A stretch of 40,903 nucleotides of DNA from a virus, in the IMG/VR virus record IMGVR_UViG_3300025536_000004, positions 1 to 40,903 of that record; one strand, given 5' to 3'. Made by a program: the position numbers and the translations under genes. Shown here one piece after another: positions 39,860-40,903 of the stretch (position 1 is the first letter of the stretch; every line of letters begins with the position of its first letter). The notes below the pieces were generated by a model. The model saw only the letters and a program-made list of their open reading frames with translations. It was not told where the DNA came from and ran no database searches.

Positions 39860-40272
39860 ACGACCGATTACTTAACCTCATAGTTAAAGAAGTGTTCAAT
39901 GGAGTTACGGCTGACGAGATTCTCAGCATAGAATCAAAGACAATCAACGGTGCAGTATACCCCTATACCCTGAAGATAGGAGATACCATTCTTCCCTCGC
40001 AGGACATCATCCGATTACAGACAGAGGCAGAAATGCTCAAGAACTTCTACCTATGGGAACTTCTCTTAAAGAGAACCCAGTATGTAGCCCAACTGAAAAC
40101 GTGTGAGAAATCTACGGGAATAGAAGATGTATATTTCGGGAAAGCAATGATTCTAGCGGTTCAGACTATCAAAGAAGTTATCGAGACGATATTAAAATTC
40201 AAAGTCGAAAAAATACCAGAAAAAGAAAAACATGGCAATGGGAAGCTTAGCAAAAAAGAAATTGATGTCTAA
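39856..40272 (+). CDS. Hypothetical head-module protein (138 aa)
   Basis: ATGA overlap. Confidence 0.6.
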   Translation: MNDRLLNLIVKEVFNGVTADEILSIESKTINGAVYPYTLKIGDTILPSQDIIRLQTEAEMLKNFYLWELLLKRTQYVAQLKTCEKSTGIEDVYFGKAMILAVQTIKEVIETILKFKVEKIPEKEKHGNGKLSKKEIDV

Positions 40273-40273
40273 A

Positions 40274-40333
40274 ATGAAAGCAAAGAAGAGCGTGAAGAAG
40301 GTGGCGAAGAAGTCTTCAAAGAAAAGAGTCTAA
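40274..40333 (+). CDS. Lys-rich micro-ORF (19 aa, MKAKKSVKKVAKKSSKKRV)
   Basis: ATG 1 nt after the upstream stop; too short to be sure. Confidence 0.25.
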   Translation: MKAKKSVKKVAKKSSKKRV

Positions 40334-40350
40334 TAATAAGTTGTTTTTCG

Positions 40351-40359
40351 TGTTATAAT
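40351..40359 (+). promoter_or_regulatory. Extended -10 promoter TGtTATAAT upstream of the scaffold/capsid genes
   Basis: TTGTTTTTCGTGTTATAATA; GTCTGGG box at 40370-40376. Confidence 0.5.
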
Positions 40360-40365
40360 AGTAAT

Positions 40366-40470
40366 GTTAGTCTGGGCGGTTGGGTATCTTTTTACCTAGC
40401 TGAGGCGTATAGCCCCAGACCTATACTCTCTCGGCTCGGTAAAAGGGTACTCTAATCGGTATCCTTTTTT
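40366..40470 (+). ncRNA. Candidate ~105-nt leader/small RNA ending in a terminator-like hairpin (40441-40470)
   Basis: Stem GUCUGGG 40370-40376 / CCCAGAC 40414-40420. Stem AAAAGGGUAC 40441-40450 / GUAUCCUUUU 40459-40468 runs into UUUUUU 40465-40470 (its last 4 pairs use the tract), about 38 nt before ATG 40509. Confidence 0.35.
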
Positions 40471-40508
40471 AATCGAGGAGCAGGAACCCTTCAAACCTGT
40501 ACAAAAAG

Positions 40509-40903
40509 ATGGAAAACATCGAAAACGCTGTACAAAACGAGTCTCCCGCAGCAGAAACTCAGATAGTTAATTCGGAGGAATCCAAATTAGACACAAAGAT
40601 TGTCATTGAAGCGTTGGAGGAGAGTGACAAAGCCTTAGCGAAAGCTGAGGAGAAAATCGTCAGGATGAAGAAAGATGCTAAGAAGTCTTCGGACGGATTT
40701 GCAGATGAATCTCTTGATGAAGATATTGATGCGAAGATAGAACGGCTTGTGGAAGCTAAGCTTTCTCAAAAGCCAGAGCGGAATGACGAGACCTTAGCAG
40801 AGCTTCAAAACTCTCGCAAGAAAAACTCTGAACTCCTTGCCTCCCTTCGTTCTCAAAAAGGAATTTCCAACAGTGGAGCAGGGTCTAGCCAGGTTCAACA
40901 CGA
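40509..40903 (+). CDS. Scaffolding-like protein, N-terminal part (continues at base 1 across the junction)
   Basis: ATG 40509; the frame stays open to the window end and continues through the 127-bp repeat. Confidence 0.55.
   Translation, partial: MENIENAVQNESPAAETQIVNSEESKLDTKIVIEALEESDKALAKAEEKIVRMKKDAKKSSDGFADESLDEDIDAKIERLVEAKLSQKPERNDETLAELQNSRKKNSELLASLRSQKGISNSGAGSSQVQH
40777..40903. repeat. Right copy of the 127-bp terminal direct repeat
   Basis: Identical to 1-127. Confidence 0.95.

Noticed and set aside
1-40903. CRISPR arrays, tRNA/tmRNA genes, diversity-generating retroelement, integrase/lysogeny module, alternative genetic code
   Set aside because: No spaced identical repeats and no cloverleaf or T-loop (GGTTCGAAT-like) sequences in any intergenic gap. 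No reverse-transcriptase or recombinase motifs. Long genes are intact under the standard code, apart from the intron-split capsid gene and the split HAD gene.

Overview
The window is a complete, circularly closed dsDNA phage genome. Bases 1-127 are repeated exactly at 40777-40903, so the unique length is 40,776 bp, and one gene (40509..242) runs across the junction. All credible genes lie on the + strand, tightly packed with many ATGA or 4-nt overlaps. Gene order: scaffold-like, decoration-like and major capsid genes (1-3248); Thr/Ser-rich and structural proteins (3275-7708); three internal-virion-like proteins, the last with a lytic-transglycosylase-like motif (7710-11853). Next comes a duplicated adaptor+fibre cassette flanking a GH18-like enzyme (11905-18368), a lysis region (18365-20796) and a regulatory gap (20797-21383). 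The early region of many small proteins (21384-34877) includes a replisome organizer with internal iterons, a YrbL/kinase-like mini-protein, a PD-(D/E)XK nuclease and a NinG-like protein. TerS, TerL and portal follow (35027-39552). I recognised no tape-measure/sheath/tube set, DNA polymerase, primase, helicase, integrase, tRNA, CRISPR array or reverse transcriptase. A short-tailed virion is my best guess only. The strongest finding is that the major capsid gene is split by two paralogous self-splicing group I introns only 12 nt apart. Each carries an endonuclease-VII-type HNH homing endonuclease, one in L1 and one in P9. P1 and P10 helices can be drawn for both, all junctions are in frame, and splicing gives a 308-aa capsid ORF. 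Other items: candidate small RNAs (a C-rich-loop RNA after the early promoter, a structured RNA and a divergent minus-strand sRNA upstream of a third HNH gene, and a promoter-to-terminator unit ahead of the scaffold gene); extended -10 promoters placed 6-10 nt from ATGs (leaderless mRNAs); iterons inside the replisome organizer gene; two loci where coding switches frame; and a GC-rich patch inside one early gene. All functions come from motif recognition by eye, with no database search or folding program, so coordinates of RNA elements and promoters are approximate.
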